From contig JBEKIW010000002.1 in assembly GCA_050011565.1 (NCBI GenBank), positions 352,001-416,000 of the forward strand: 64,000 nucleotides of DNA. Direction: 5' to 3'. Every line of letters starts with the position of its first letter. Within the stretch, counting starts at the first letter, position 1. The stretch comes from Dehalococcoidia bacterium (GTDB lineage Bacteria > Chloroflexota > Dehalococcoidia > GIF9 > UBA5629). Of the stretch, positions 11,233 to 22,194 are shown in pieces. The notes under the pieces are model-generated. The model searched no databases. It was not told the DNA's origin and was given only the letters and a program-made list of their open reading frames with translations. The translations under genes and the position numbers were made by a program.

Positions 11233-11268
11233 CTCACGTCTTGTGAGAAATTAATGTAGGACTTAAGA

Positions 11269-11601
11269 ATGAAGCATGGAGATAAAGCATTTAAGACTAA
11301 GATGGCTAAACTGACTGATTTAGTCGACTACCAGGATGGAGCTGTGGTGAGCCGGGAGATTATTAATCAGAAGTCAGGGTCGGTAACTTTATTTGCCTTT
11401 GATGAAGGGCAGGGGCTGAGTGAGCACATGGCACCGTTTGATGCCATGGTTTACCTTCTTGACGGCGAAGCTGAAATTGCCATTTCAGGCAGACCTCTTC
11501 AATTGAAGCAAGGTGAGATGGTTATAATGCCGGCCAATCAACCCCATTCTCTAAAGGCAATTAAGAGATTCAAGATGGTCCTCACCATGATTAAGGCTTA
11601 A
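11269..11601 (+). CDS. Cupin-domain protein
   Basis: [20 protein letters not shown]. Confidence 0.9.
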   Translation: MKHGDKAFKTKMAKLTDLVDYQDGAVVSREIINQKSGSVTLFAFDEGQGLSEHMAPFDAMVYLLDGEAEIAISGRPLQLKQGEMVIMPANQPHSLKAIKRFKMVLTMIKA

Positions 11602-11620
11602 TACTAGGAGCTGCTGCAAC

Positions 11621-14113
11621 ATGGTTGAAAAGACAAGTAGTAAGAAATCCGAGAAAGCTCGCCTTCATGTAACGGGCATGACCTGTACTACCTGTGCTCG
11701 GACCATCGGAAAGGGTCTGTCGGAGACACACGGGGTGAAGCAGGCGAATGTCAACTTTGCTTCAGAGGAAGTGTCACTGGATTATGACCCTAATAAGGTA
11801 AACCTGGCCAAAATTAAGGATACTATCCAGCAACTAGGCTACGGGGTAGCCACCAAGAAATCCATTTTCCCCGTGAGTGGTATGACCTGTGCTTCATGCG
11901 TCGCTCGTGTAGAAAGTGCTCTGTCCAGTGTGCCCGGGGTGGTTTCAGTCAGTGTCAATCTAGCTTCTGAAAAGGCAACTGTGGAATATACTGAAGATAT
12001 GCGCGTAGCCGACCTGCAAAAGGCGGTAAGAGAGGCTGGCTACGAGCTTGGTCCGGAGGCAGAGACCCTGGAGGATGTGTCCACAGCCTCCCAGCGAGAC
12101 CTCAAGGTTGTAAGGAATCGATTCATAGTCGCCGTCGTTCTCGGTTTGTTAATTATGACTCTGGGCTTTATACCTGCAGTGATGATGCAGCCCTATATGC
12201 CTTACATACTGTGGGCATTAGCCACGCCGGTACAGTTCTGGGCAGGCTGGCGGTTCTATCGAGGCGCGTGGGGAGCGTTGAGACACCGGACCACGGATAT
12301 GAATACCTTGATTGCTGTAGGCACATCAGCGGCATATTTTTACAGTGTGGTGGCAGTATTATTCCCCAGCCTCTTCACTGCTGCGGGTGTGGAACCTCAC
12401 CTATACTTCGATACTTCGGCTCTGATTATTGCCCTGATTTTGCTGGGTCGGTACCTGGAAACCAGGGCTAGAGGGCAGACTTCAGAAGCGATAAAACGGC
12501 TAATAGGTCTCAATCCTAAGACTGCTGTGGTCATACGTGACGGCGAGGAGAAAGAGATTTCGGTAGAAGAAGTCCAGGTCGGTGATATTATCCTAGTACG
12601 CCCCGGGGGGCGCATACCCGTTGATGGTATAGTCAGGCAGGGGTATTCCAGTGTTGATGAATCGATGATTACCGGTGAGAGCATTCCGGTGGATAAGAAA
12701 GTGGGTGATGAGGTTATCGGCGCTACTATCAACAAAACGGGTAGTTTTCAATTCGAGGCGACCAGGGTGGGCAAAGACACCACGCTAGCGCGCATTATCC
12801 GGCTAGTAGACGAGGCACAGGGTAGCAAAGCTCCCATCCAGCGCCTGGCTGACGTCATTGCCAGCTATTTTGTGCCGGTCGTAATCGGTATTGCTTTGGT
12901 AACCTTCGTAATCTGGTATTTTGTTGGCCCGCAGCCGGCTCTAACTTTGGCCATACTGAACTTTGTCGCCGTGCTCATAATTGCCTGCCCCTGTGCCCTG
13001 GGACTGGCCACGCCCACCGCCATAATGGTAGGTACAGGTAAAGGGGCCGAGAACGGGATCCTTTTCAGGAGCGGAGAGTCGTTAGAAAGAGCTCACCAGA
13101 TAAATATCGTGTTGCTAGACAAAACAGGCACGCTGACCCGCGGTGAGCCAGCGGTGACAGATGTGCTGGCTGTTGCCTCTTCCTCAGAAGAAGAAGTCCT
13201 CCGGCTGGCGGCTTCGGCTGAACGTGTCTCGGAGCATCCACTCGCACAGGCGATAGTCAAAGCAGCTTCTGAAAAGAAGCTGAAGACGTCCCGCGTTTCA
13301 GATTTTGTTGCCTTACCTGGTCTGGGAATAGAAGCTTCTGTGGGCGGCAGGAAGATTATGTTAGGCAACCTCAGATTGATGAAAGAGAGAGGTATTTCGT
13401 TGAACGGCCTTGGTGAAAAAGCCGATAAACTTTTTAGTGAAGGTAAAACAGTAATGTTCCTCAGCCTGGCTAACAAAGCCATGGGAATAATTGCGATGGC
13501 TGATACCCTGAAGCCAAATGCCAGGGAGGCAGTGCGGGCGATACAGCAGATGGGCATTGAGACTGTGATGATAACCGGGGACAATCGACGTACTGCTGAG
13601 GCTATTGCCCGTGAGGCCGGCATTGAGCGCGTTTTAGCTGAAGTTCTCCCCGAGCATAAAGCCGCGGAGGTCAAGAAATTGCAGGATGGCAGGGTGGTGG
13701 CGATGGTGGGAGACGGCATCAACGATGCACCGGCGCTGGCTCAGGCAGATGTAGGCATAGCCATAGGTACCGGTACCGATGTGGCCATGGAAACCGGAGA
13801 AGTTACGTTGATGCGGGGAGATTTGATGGGAATTGTAACCGCCATATCGCTTAGTAAGAGCACTATCAGGATAATTAGACAGAACCTTTTCTGGGCTTTT
13901 GCTTATAATGTGGCTCTTATCCCCGTGGCAGCCGGTGTGTTATATCTTGTCTTCTCTCATACCGGCGTCCCGGTGGGGCTGCGCTTTATATTCGGCGACT
14001 ATGGTTTTCTCAACCCTATCATGGCAGCGGCGGCTATGGCGGCCAGTTCCATTACTGTGGTATCGAATTCACTTCGCCTGAGGAGGTTCAAGCCAGCCCA
14101 GGTCGGCAAATAG
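11621..14113 (+). CDS. copA: Cu(I)-transporting P1B ATPase
   Basis: Two GMTCxxC HMA domains, [33 protein letters not shown] and MAASS. Confidence 0.96.
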   Translation: MVEKTSSKKSEKARLHVTGMTCTTCARTIGKGLSETHGVKQANVNFASEEVSLDYDPNKVNLAKIKDTIQQLGYGVATKKSIFPVSGMTCASCVARVESALSSVPGVVSVSVNLASEKATVEYTEDMRVADLQKAVREAGYELGPEAETLEDVSTASQRDLKVVRNRFIVAVVLGLLIMTLGFIPAVMMQPYMPYILWALATPVQFWAGWRFYRGAWGALRHRTTDMNTLIAVGTSAAYFYSVVAVLFPSLFTAAGVEPHLYFDTSALIIALILLGRYLETRARGQTSEAIKRLIGLNPKTAVVIRDGEEKEISVEEVQVGDIILVRPGGRIPVDGIVRQGYSSVDESMITGESIPVDKKVGDEVIGATINKTGSFQFEATRVGKDTTLARIIRLVDEAQGSKAPIQRLADVIASYFVPVVIGIALVTFVIWYFVGPQPALTLAILNFVAVLIIACPCALGLATPTAIMVGTGKGAENGILFRSGESLERAHQINIVLLDKTGTLTRGEPAVTDVLAVASSSEEEVLRLAASAERVSEHPLAQAIVKAASEKKLKTSRVSDFVALPGLGIEASVGGRKIMLGNLRLMKERGISLNGLGEKADKLFSEGKTVMFLSLANKAMGIIAMADTLKPNAREAVRAIQQMGIETVMITGDNRRTAEAIAREAGIERVLAEVLPEHKAAEVKKLQDGRVVAMVGDGINDAPALAQADVGIAIGTGTDVAMETGEVTLMRGDLMGIVTAISLSKSTIRIIRQNLFWAFAYNVALIPVAAGVLYLVFSHTGVPVGLRFIFGDYGFLNPIMAAAAMAASSITVVSNSLRLRRFKPAQVGK

Positions 14114-14130
14114 TCGAAGGAGGTGACACG

Positions 14131-14286
14131 ATGGCAATAGACCCGGTGTGCAAGATGCAGGTGGACGAAAAAAATGCTCCGGCTACTTCGGAGTACAAGG
14201 GTAAGAAATATTACTTCTGCGCCATGGGCTGCAAGAAGGCTTTCGACCAGAATCCGGAGAAATACATCGGTAAGAAAAGCAAGTAA
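14131..14286 (+). CDS. YHS-domain protein, 51 aa (not in ORF track)
   Basis: AGGAGGTG SD; MAIDPVCKMQVDEK..YKGKKYYFCAMGCKKAFDQNPEKY. Confidence 0.92.
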   Translation: MAIDPVCKMQVDEKNAPATSEYKGKKYYFCAMGCKKAFDQNPEKYIGKKSK

Positions 14287-14367
14287 GGTTGAAACGTTTC
14301 TCCGGGTGGTGATTGGCTTGTAAGCCGCCGTTAGCGGTGCCGTAAAATAAATTTATACGGGGTAAGA

Positions 14368-15210
14368 ATGAAAAAAGAAGAAATCATTGCTTTACTCAAT
14401 GAAGACCTCCAGGCTGAGCATGGTGCCATTATTCAATATCTGAGCCATGCGTATGCTATGGGTGAAGGCGAGTTAGCCTGTGAAATCGAAGCCATTTCCA
14501 GGGAGGAGATGCGGCATCTTGATTGGCTGGCTGAGACCATAGTTGAGCTAGGCGGCAAGCCAAGTATGAAAAGAGGCAAGATGCGCATGGAAGGCAAATC
14601 AACCAGTGATTGGATGAAAAACGATGTGCTGCTAGAAGAAGACGCCATAACCATGTATAAAGAGCACATTGAGGCTATCGGTGACCGCAAGATAAAGCGG
14701 TTGCTGAAACGCATACTGTCAGACGAGGAGTCTCATCACGGTGATTTTGCCCACTTTATCGAGAAGGCCAAGAAGGAAGGCACCAGGGACCTGAGGGGTG
14801 ACCGCAAGGATGGGATAGCTCAGATTCTCAATTGGGGCATCGAACATGAATATACGGTTATTCTGCAATATCTACTTCACTCATATCTGGCGACAAATGA
14901 GGAAATGAAGCTGGAAATGGAGGACCAGGCTATAAATGAGATGCAGCATATGGGCTGGCTGGCCGAGAAGATGGTCAGCGGCAAGGGGAATCCCAGGCTG
15001 GAGCATACTGAGATTGATAAATCCACCAAAGTTGGTGATATGCTCCGCGATGACATCAAAATAGAAAAAGAGGTGGCTGCCGAGTATAACCGAGCTGCCA
15101 AAGAAGTCAAAGATGTCGGCTTGAAGAAGTTGCTTACTCGGATAAGAGACCATGAAATCTATCACGTAGAAGTATTCGGCGACCTGCTAGAGAAAGTAGA
15201 GAAATCTTAA
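14368..15210 (+). CDS. Tandem two-domain bacterioferritin-like protein
   Basis: Two repeats of EH.aI.QY..H / EM(R/Q)H..WLAE / E...Y / (D/H)E..H. Confidence 0.85.
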   Translation: MKKEEIIALLNEDLQAEHGAIIQYLSHAYAMGEGELACEIEAISREEMRHLDWLAETIVELGGKPSMKRGKMRMEGKSTSDWMKNDVLLEEDAITMYKEHIEAIGDRKIKRLLKRILSDEESHHGDFAHFIEKAKKEGTRDLRGDRKDGIAQILNWGIEHEYTVILQYLLHSYLATNEEMKLEMEDQAINEMQHMGWLAEKMVSGKGNPRLEHTEIDKSTKVGDMLRDDIKIEKEVAAEYNRAAKEVKDVGLKKLLTRIRDHEIYHVEVFGDLLEKVEKS

Positions 15211-15260
15211 AGCCAATGAATATTGCGGGTTACCTGGTTTTTAATTTTGGGAGGTAGACG

Positions 15261-15785
15261 ATGTCATTAAAGGGAAAGCGTATTGCCATACTGGCAGAAC
15301 AAGATTTTGAAGATGTTGAACTTACTGAGCCTTTAAAGGCAATGAAGGAAGCAGGTGCTCAGATATTTATCGTCGGCAGTGGCTCTCAGACAAGCTATCA
15401 GGGGAAGAGAGGCAAAGCGACAATCAAGGTCGATATCGATGCCGATAAGGTTAGAGCCGAGGACTTTGATGCCATCATTATCCCGGGTGGCTATGCACCG
15501 GATAAGATGCGGCTGCATCAGCCTATGATTGACCTGGTAAAAAAGGCGCACGATTTAGGCAAGGTGATTGCTGCCGTTTGTCACGGGCCACAACTTCTTA
15601 TCTCAGCTGGTATTGTGAGCGGGCGACGTCTAACTTCCTGGCCTTCAGTGGCCATAGACCTCAAGAACGCGGGTGCAATCTGGGTTGATGAGCCCTTAGT
15701 TAGGGATGGGAATATTATTACCTCTCGCCGACCATCCGATTTGCCGGTATTTAATAGCGCTATAATTCAGGCGCTGGGTGGATAA
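15261..15785 (+). CDS. PfpI/DJ-1 family (YhbO-like) protein
   Basis: FEDVE, IPGG, AVCHGP, TSR. Confidence 0.92.
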   Translation: MSLKGKRIAILAEQDFEDVELTEPLKAMKEAGAQIFIVGSGSQTSYQGKRGKATIKVDIDADKVRAEDFDAIIIPGGYAPDKMRLHQPMIDLVKKAHDLGKVIAAVCHGPQLLISAGIVSGRRLTSWPSVAIDLKNAGAIWVDEPLVRDGNIITSRRPSDLPVFNSAIIQALGG

Positions 15786-15924
15786 ATTGTAAGCGGGAAA
15801 ACTGCGCATATCTGCGAAAGGGATGCATATTGTAATGTTTCTCACCGTGGGATTTTTCAGTAATATTTTGTCTGGGCGTGCTTAAACCGGATGTGATTCT
15901 ATCGAGTTTGCAGGGAGGCTAGAA

Positions 15925-16638
15925 ATGAAGAAGTTTTGTTTTGCTCTGCAGAGATGGGGCCGTAACGGAACTAATAGGGGTTTTGGTAATATCGCTTTTC
16001 TCGCAGTCTTTTTGATTAGTCTAGTAGCAACAAGTAGTTGTGGAGTTAATCAGAGTAAGAGTCTGGAACCGGTACAAATTAGGGAATACCAGGGAGAGAA
16101 ACTTTCATCGATTAATGATTTTCGAGAAAACTCAATTAGCGGTCCTCAGCATGTGGATTTAGGACGCTACAGGCTGAAAATCTTGGGCCTTGTCGAGAAC
16201 CCCAAAGAGTACACCTACGACGAGGTCATTAACAATCACCAAAGTTATGAGAAAGTTGTCGGGCTGGACTGTGTGGAAGGATGGAGTGTGGTCATTCTCT
16301 GGCAAGGCCTGCTGGTTAAAGATTTACTGGCGGAAGCTAAAGTTAAGCCGGAGGCAAAAGTGGTTATATTTCTCGCCTATGATGGATACACTACTTCTCT
16401 TCCACTCGACTACATAACGAACAACGATATACTAATGGCCTACAAGATGAATGGTGTTACCCTTCCTCCGGAGAGAGGGTTTCCTTTTGAATTGGTAGCC
16501 GAAAGTAAATGGGGGTACAAATGGGAAAAGTGGGTTACACAAATAGAGCTGTCTGACGACGTTAATTATCGGGGCTACTGGGAAAGGCAGGGCTACTCCA
16601 ATAGTGCTGACCTTAATCAAGACTTCTTTGAAAAATGA
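15925..16638 (+). CDS. Sulfite-oxidase-family molybdopterin oxidoreductase (MsrP/YuiH-like), probably exported
   Basis: DCVEGWS, DGYTTSLP, RGFPF..WGYKWEKW..GYWE; N-terminal hydrophobic segment ending TSSC. Confidence 0.88.
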   Translation: MKKFCFALQRWGRNGTNRGFGNIAFLAVFLISLVATSSCGVNQSKSLEPVQIREYQGEKLSSINDFRENSISGPQHVDLGRYRLKILGLVENPKEYTYDEVINNHQSYEKVVGLDCVEGWSVVILWQGLLVKDLLAEAKVKPEAKVVIFLAYDGYTTSLPLDYITNNDILMAYKMNGVTLPPERGFPFELVAESKWGYKWEKWVTQIELSDDVNYRGYWERQGYSNSADLNQDFFEK

Positions 16639-16877
16639 GAAATATATTAAAGCAGAACCTGGCCAAACAAATTGTGCACTGGTCGCTGCTGGCTGTGCTG
16701 GTGCTTTATGTTTTAACTGGTTTTGGCATTACGGCATACCGTACTGTTGAGTTTTTAACATTTGGACTGCTAAGCAAAGCGCTGGCCTTCAAAATTCATG
16801 ACGACCTGATAATTCCGTTTATAGTTCTGATAGGCTTACATATCTACCAGCAAATCAAGAAGAAGTCTACAGAGTGA
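16635..16877 (+). CDS. Small His-containing membrane protein, possible cytochrome b partner
   Basis: ATGA overlap with the upstream gene; two TM segments; HWSL..TGFG..KIH..GLH. Confidence 0.7.
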   Translation: MRNILKQNLAKQIVHWSLLAVLVLYVLTGFGITAYRTVEFLTFGLLSKALAFKIHDDLIIPFIVLIGLHIYQQIKKKSTE

Positions 16878-16956
16878 TTGGGGTGGTCTTGAACATGGAG
16901 AGATACATGCTACAATTATTGTAAAGGCAAGCTGGAACCTGGGTTTGGAGGTATAG

Positions 16957-17424
16957 ATGAGCGAAAAATTACAGCGGATTTTCTCGATAGCTTTGTGGAC
17001 CTCGACTCTCGCGATTCTCGTGGTTATGACCATACAAGCCTTGAGTGGGAACTGGATTACTTTCTTTCTTATTTTACCCGACGGTCCAGCAAATTTAAGC
17101 CAGAGTTTCATTGGTGCTTTGATAAAGTTAGCTATCTATCATAAATTAATGGGATTTGTGATAGACGGCATTTCCATTCTGGTCCTTATTTTCGCTTTCA
17201 TTCGCCGCTCCAGTATTTACGTCCGCATTTTTGCTGTCCTCGGGTTCATCATAACTGTTTCAGCGGGCATTGGCGGGTTCCTATTTGTGAAGTCAGGACT
17301 TCAGGACCGATGGGCACTGGGCCAGATGGCGGACAGCTTTGTCGGCGCGTACGCAGCCTATTTCCTACAACTTTTCTTCATGAATAAGACTCCCAGGTTT
17401 CCCTGGACTTCGCAAAACCACTAG
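16957..17424 (+). CDS. Hypothetical membrane protein (about 4 TM)
   Basis: GGAGGT SD; alternating hydrophobic helices. Confidence 0.7.
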   Translation: MSEKLQRIFSIALWTSTLAILVVMTIQALSGNWITFFLILPDGPANLSQSFIGALIKLAIYHKLMGFVIDGISILVLIFAFIRRSSIYVRIFAVLGFIITVSAGIGGFLFVKSGLQDRWALGQMADSFVGAYAAYFLQLFFMNKTPRFPWTSQNH

Positions 17425-17601
17425 AACAAACCATTCCCCGGCATCTGTCACAGCTCAATTCGTCGTTTAGTCGATAAATTCGCCGTTCCATATCTTAAAG
17501 CAGAAAAACTCTTGACATCGGCGGTGAAAGGTAGTAGAAATAGCGAGTGCAATTAATCCCGGTAGCTAAGAAGTAGTTATTCCTCTTTTAGGAGGTGGGA
17601 G

Positions 17602-20600
17602 ATGAAGGGAACCCACAAGACAAAAAAACAACTCATAGATGAATTGAACTCCCTGAGTCAGTACGTAACTGAGTTGGAGGCAGCGGAAGCCGAACACAAG
17701 CGCGTAGAGCATGATGTGAGGCTGCCAGAGCAAATTTTGGAGAAAATTATCCAGATTCTGGAGAGTACCATAGACCTCATATTTATTCATGATGCCGAAG
17801 GTAACTTTATTTACGTTAATGAAGCAGCTGCCCGGTCGCATGGCTACACCAAGGAAGAATTACTTAAAACAAATCTCCGCAAGTTGAAAATTCAGGAGTC
17901 TTCAGAACTGTTCGAGGGACATATCAAGAAAGTTCTGGAAAAGGGCGATGCCGTTTGCGAGATAGGGCACTATCGAAAGGATGGCTCAGTCTTACCACTT
18001 GAAATTCATACCAGAGCGATTGAAATAGACGGGAACATGGTTCTTGTCAGTGCGGCTCGTGACATCACTGAGCGCAAGCGAGCTGAGGAGGCATTGCGAG
18101 ACAGAGAAGGAAGATACAGGTATCTTTTTGAGCACAGCCAGGTGGCTAACGCCTTAGTCGGATTTGATGGAACAATCATTGATGCCAATCAATCGGCTGC
18201 AGAGCTTTATGGATATAACAAGAGTGAGATAATCGGTAAAAGTTTGCTAGAATTTTTCACCGCAGAGAGCCGGGAAAAAGTAGCCGAGGCCTTTGCTCGC
18301 GGTTTACAGCGTAACTATGCTGAACCTGTGGATGTTGATGCCATTACCAAAGCGGGCACCAAAACCTTCTTCTACCCGGGAGGTTATCAGGTGGTATTTG
18401 AAGGGGGTAAGGAGATAGGATTTTTAATTAGCGTAGTCGATATCACCGAGCGTAGGAGGGCAGAGGAGGCCTTGAAACAGTCGGAGGAGAGGTACCGCAC
18501 CATCCTGGAAGAAATGCAGGATGCTTACTTTGAAGTTGACCTTGCTGGTAATTTCACCTTCGTGAACGATGCCAACTGCCGCCAGTTGGGGTATTCGAGG
18601 GAAGAGTTGATGGGTATGAATAACCGGACAATCACCGCGAGTGACGATATAGAAAATGTATATAAGGTCTTTAATCAGGTCTACCGGGAAGGTCAACCAA
18701 TTAGAGTTTTTAATTTTAAAACCGTTAGAAAAGATGGCAGTATAGGGCAGGGTGAGCTAGCAGTTTTCCCCTTACGAAACGAGAAAGGTGAGATAATCGG
18801 CTTCCGGGGAATCGGACGTGATATCGCCGGACGCTTGCAGATGATTGAAGATTTAAAACGGTCAGAGGAGAGATATAGAACTGTCCTGGACGAAATGGAA
18901 GAGGCCTATTATGAGTTGGACCTTGACGGCAATTTAACCTTTTTCAATGACGCTCTATTCCGCAAGGGAGGCCGTTCCAGAGAAGAGTTGATGGGTATGG
19001 GATATAAGGATTTCACGCCGGCAAAGGACATGGGGCGTGTATACAATGCATTCAATCAGGTCTATAAGACGGGGAAGCCGCTCAAAGGCATTCCACTGCA
19101 GGCTATCAGAAAGGATGGAACAATAATATCCAGCGAGGATACAATTTTACCCGTGAGAAACAAGGCGGGTGAGATAATTGGATTCCGTGGCCTTAGTCAC
19201 GATGTTACCGAGCGCTTGCAGATGATGGAAGCTTTGAGGCGGTCAGAGGAGAGATATCGGACAATGCTGGATGAAATGGAAGAAGCCTACTACGAGGTGG
19301 ACCTAACGGGCAACTTCACTTTCTTTAGCGATGCATTGTGTCGCCAGTTAGGTTATTCCAGAGAAGAGATAATGGGGATGAGCTACCAAATTTACATACC
19401 CCCTGAGAACGCCAAGAAAGTATTTGAGGTCTACAATACCGTGTATCGTACGGGTGAACCATTTAAATTGTTTACTTCGTCACAGATTAAGAAAGACGGA
19501 ACGCGAGTATATACCGAGGACTCAATTTTTCCTATGCGGGATGACGAGGGGAAAATTATCGGATTTAGAGGTATTAGCCGCGACATTACCGACCGCAAAC
19601 AAAGGGACGAAGAAAGGAAACAATTGGAACAGAAGGCCCAGTTTGCCAGCCGCCTGGCTTCTGTCGGCGAGCTGGCTTCGGGTGTCGCCCATGAGATAAA
19701 TAATCCCCTCACCGCAGTAATCGGTTATGCCCACCTGTTGCTGGACAGAAAAGACATACCCGTGGATATAAAACGCGATGTCGAGGTTATTAACGAAGGC
19801 GCCCAGCGTGTGGCGGGGATTATTAAGAAATTGCTTGTCTTTGCCCGCCAGACCAAACCGGAGCGGACATATGTTGACATTAATGAAATCATAAACACCA
19901 CGCTGGAACTGCGAGCTTATTCTCTGCAAAGTTCTAATGTAAAGGTTATACTTCAGTTCGACCCCGATTTACCTATGACTGTTGCCGACCCGGGTCAGCT
20001 CCAGCAAGTTTTTCTCAATTTGATTATGAATGCCGAAACAGAGGTGAAGCTAGTCCAAGGCGGGGGCAAGCTGTCAATCAAGACGGAACAGATAGGCGAT
20101 AACATACTGGTGTCTTTCAAAGACAATGGTCTGGGGATAGCCAAAGAAAACCTGGAGAGAATATTTAATCCCTTCTTCACTACCAGAAAGGTGGGCCAGG
20201 GGACAGGTCTGGGTTTGAGTGTCTGCCATGGAATAGTGACCGAACATAAAGGCAGGATATGGGCTGAAAGCCAGTTGGGCAGGGGAGCTACTTTCATTGT
20301 GGAATTGCCCATAGTCAATGAGAATAAGCAGTTGGAGATGCCTGAGCCTATCGTCCGAGAGACTCGGAAGGCGGCTAAAGCAAGAATACTGGTGGTAGAC
20401 GATGAGACAGTGATACGCCAATTCGTGAGCCAGATATTAACCGAAGAAGGACATGAGGTGGAAGCCGTGGATAGCGCGGAAGATGCCTTAGAAGAGGTTA
20501 ACAACAAGAAATATCAGGCTATTATGTTGGATATAAAGATGCCAGGCATGAGTGGAATTGAATTATACAATCATTTTCAGAAGGTATCGCCGGCACTGGC

Positions 20601-20745
20601 GGAGAAGGTAGTTTTCATTACCGGCGACGTAATGGGAACGAGCACTATGGCCTTTCTTTCCAAGACCAAAGCGCCGTATATTATAAAACCTTTTGATGCC
20701 ACGCAATTGAAAGCAGAGATAAATCGCGTATTAGCCAGCGGGTGA
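17602..20745 (+). CDS. Hybrid sensor histidine kinase (5 PAS/PAC, HisKA, HATPase, receiver)
   Basis: Repeated SEERYRT.L.EM..AY.E.DL.GN.TF; AHEINNPL; DNG.GI, PFFTT, GTGLGL; VVDDE, DIKMP, KPF. Confidence 0.95.
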   Translation: MKGTHKTKKQLIDELNSLSQYVTELEAAEAEHKRVEHDVRLPEQILEKIIQILESTIDLIFIHDAEGNFIYVNEAAARSHGYTKEELLKTNLRKLKIQESSELFEGHIKKVLEKGDAVCEIGHYRKDGSVLPLEIHTRAIEIDGNMVLVSAARDITERKRAEEALRDREGRYRYLFEHSQVANALVGFDGTIIDANQSAAELYGYNKSEIIGKSLLEFFTAESREKVAEAFARGLQRNYAEPVDVDAITKAGTKTFFYPGGYQVVFEGGKEIGFLISVVDITERRRAEEALKQSEERYRTILEEMQDAYFEVDLAGNFTFVNDANCRQLGYSREELMGMNNRTITASDDIENVYKVFNQVYREGQPIRVFNFKTVRKDGSIGQGELAVFPLRNEKGEIIGFRGIGRDIAGRLQMIEDLKRSEERYRTVLDEMEEAYYELDLDGNLTFFNDALFRKGGRSREELMGMGYKDFTPAKDMGRVYNAFNQVYKTGKPLKGIPLQAIRKDGTIISSEDTILPVRNKAGEIIGFRGLSHDVTERLQMMEALRRSEERYRTMLDEMEEAYYEVDLTGNFTFFSDALCRQLGYSREEIMGMSYQIYIPPENAKKVFEVYNTVYRTGEPFKLFTSSQIKKDGTRVYTEDSIFPMRDDEGKIIGFRGISRDITDRKQRDEERKQLEQKAQFASRLASVGELASGVAHEINNPLTAVIGYAHLLLDRKDIPVDIKRDVEVINEGAQRVAGIIKKLLVFARQTKPERTYVDINEIINTTLELRAYSLQSSNVKVILQFDPDLPMTVADPGQLQQVFLNLIMNAETEVKLVQGGGKLSIKTEQIGDNILVSFKDNGLGIAKENLERIFNPFFTTRKVGQGTGLGLSVCHGIVTEHKGRIWAESQLGRGATFIVELPIVNENKQLEMPEPIVRETRKAAKARILVVDDETVIRQFVSQILTEEGHEVEAVDSAEDALEEVNNKKYQAIMLDIKMPGMSGIELYNHFQKVSPALAEKVVFITGDVMGTSTMAFLSKTKAPYIIKPFDATQLKAEINRVLASG

Positions 20746-20785
20746 TTTGACTAGATTTCCGACCCAGACATTGCAGGCCATGAGC

Positions 20786-21556
20786 CTATTTGTGCGTGAT
20801 TTCGCTCTTTAGCCTGTCCAGCCAGGCCGTTGATTTGAGCTGTTTCTCCAAGAGGTACCTGATATATTCCCGCATCACCTGTTCCAACTCTATAGCCAGC
20901 TCGCGGTTTATTCTTACGCGCCTGGCGGCTGCGAAATCACAATTCTGCCACAGCCGCAGTACCTTTAAGGCGTTCAGGGAAAGAGGGCGTGCCACCGGCT
21001 CGTTGAGACCGCACTTGTAACACAGGACACCACCCAGACTGGAGCTGAAAAAATTGCTGTCAGGTTTCAATTGCGAATTGCAGCCTGTACAATGCTGAAG
21101 CTGGGGACGGTAGCCTAGATGGTCGAGCAGATGCAGCTCGAAATAGCGCAGGATTGGCTCGTAGTCCTTGGATTGGGACAACTGTTTCAGTGTTTCCAGC
21201 AATAAGTCAAAAAGCTGCCGGTCTTCGATATGCTCGCCGGTGAAAGAGTCAACCAGTTCTGCAATGTAGAGACCCCGAGAAATACCTTCTAAATCATCCT
21301 TTATCGGCAGAAAGTTATCGATTGTCTGTGCCTGCGTGATGATATCGAGGTTGCGGCCGCGGGCGAGCATCAGACGGCTGTGGGTGAGAAGTTCTACGTG
21401 GCCGCCAAGCTTGCTTTTAGGACGGCGTGTCCCTTTGGCTACCGCTTTAAGCTTGCCCAGTTCAGGCGTATAAAGGGTAAGGATTCTATCGGCTTCGCCC
21501 AGCTTGATTCGTTTGATGATAATAGCTTCTGTTTGGTAAGTCTTAGGTGCTGTCAT
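20786..21556 (-). CDS. recO: DNA repair protein RecO
   Basis: GEADRILTLYT..GKLKAVAKG; Zn finger CTGC..CYKC. Confidence 0.95.
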   Translation of the reverse strand: MTAPKTYQTEAIIIKRIKLGEADRILTLYTPELGKLKAVAKGTRRPKSKLGGHVELLTHSRLMLARGRNLDIITQAQTIDNFLPIKDDLEGISRGLYIAELVDSFTGEHIEDRQLFDLLLETLKQLSQSKDYEPILRYFELHLLDHLGYRPQLQHCTGCNSQLKPDSNFFSSSLGGVLCYKCGLNEPVARPLSLNALKVLRLWQNCDFAAARRVRINRELAIELEQVMREYIRYLLEKQLKSTAWLDRLKSEITHK

Positions 21557-21569
21557 GGCCTGCGTTTGT

Positions 21570-22181
21570 TCACATTTCCTGCCTGCCTTCTAAGGCACGG
21601 CTGAGGGTGACATCGTCGGCATATTCCAGGTCGGCACCATAGGGCAAACCGCGGGCCAGACGTGTGATTCTAATACCAAGGGGGGCAATCAAGCGCTGGA
21701 TATACATGGCAGTGGCTTCACCTTCAAGGTTCGGATTGGTTGCCAGTATCACCTCAGTCACCAGGCCGTCATTAAGGCGTGACAGCAGCTCCTTTATTTT
21801 CAGCTCGTCAGGTCCTATACCGTCAGTAGGAGCGATGACGCCGTGAAGTACGTGGTAAAGCCCTTGGTATTTCTTGGTGCGTTCTAACGGCGGGATATCT
21901 ATAGGCTCTTCGACGATGCAGATTTTTGTGTGGTCGCGTTCTTCGTCTCGGCACGTAGCGCAGGGGTCAGAGTCGGTGATATTGAGACAAACGGAACATA
22001 ACGCTAGTTTTTCTTTTAAATTTCTGATGGCGTCGGCCAAGGCACCGACTTCGCCGGCAGGTGCCCGGAGCAAGTAGTAAGTAAGCCTCTGGGCGCTTTT
22101 TGGCCCTATGCCCGGCAGCTTGTTGAATTCTTCTATCAGCCTGGTTATGGGCTCGGCAGTGTGGATTGAATCTGCACTCAA
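21570..22181 (-). CDS. recR: Recombination mediator RecR
   Basis: LPGIGPKSAQR, C4 Zn finger, YHVLHG, ATNPNLEGEAT. Confidence 0.97.
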   Translation of the reverse strand: MSADSIHTAEPITRLIEEFNKLPGIGPKSAQRLTYYLLRAPAGEVGALADAIRNLKEKLALCSVCLNITDSDPCATCRDEERDHTKICIVEEPIDIPPLERTKKYQGLYHVLHGVIAPTDGIGPDELKIKELLSRLNDGLVTEVILATNPNLEGEATAMYIQRLIAPLGIRITRLARGLPYGADLEYADDVTLSRALEGRQEM

Positions 22182-22194
22182 ATATTTTGCCCCC

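Noticed and set aside
15786-15924. Moco or c-di-GMP riboswitch before the Mo enzyme
   Set aside because: Only a weak GAAA-loop hairpin; the conserved multi-stem cores could not be matched by eye.
18480-19600. Repeated DNA within the sensor kinase
   Set aside because: Explained by ordinary tandem PAS/PAC domain duplication.
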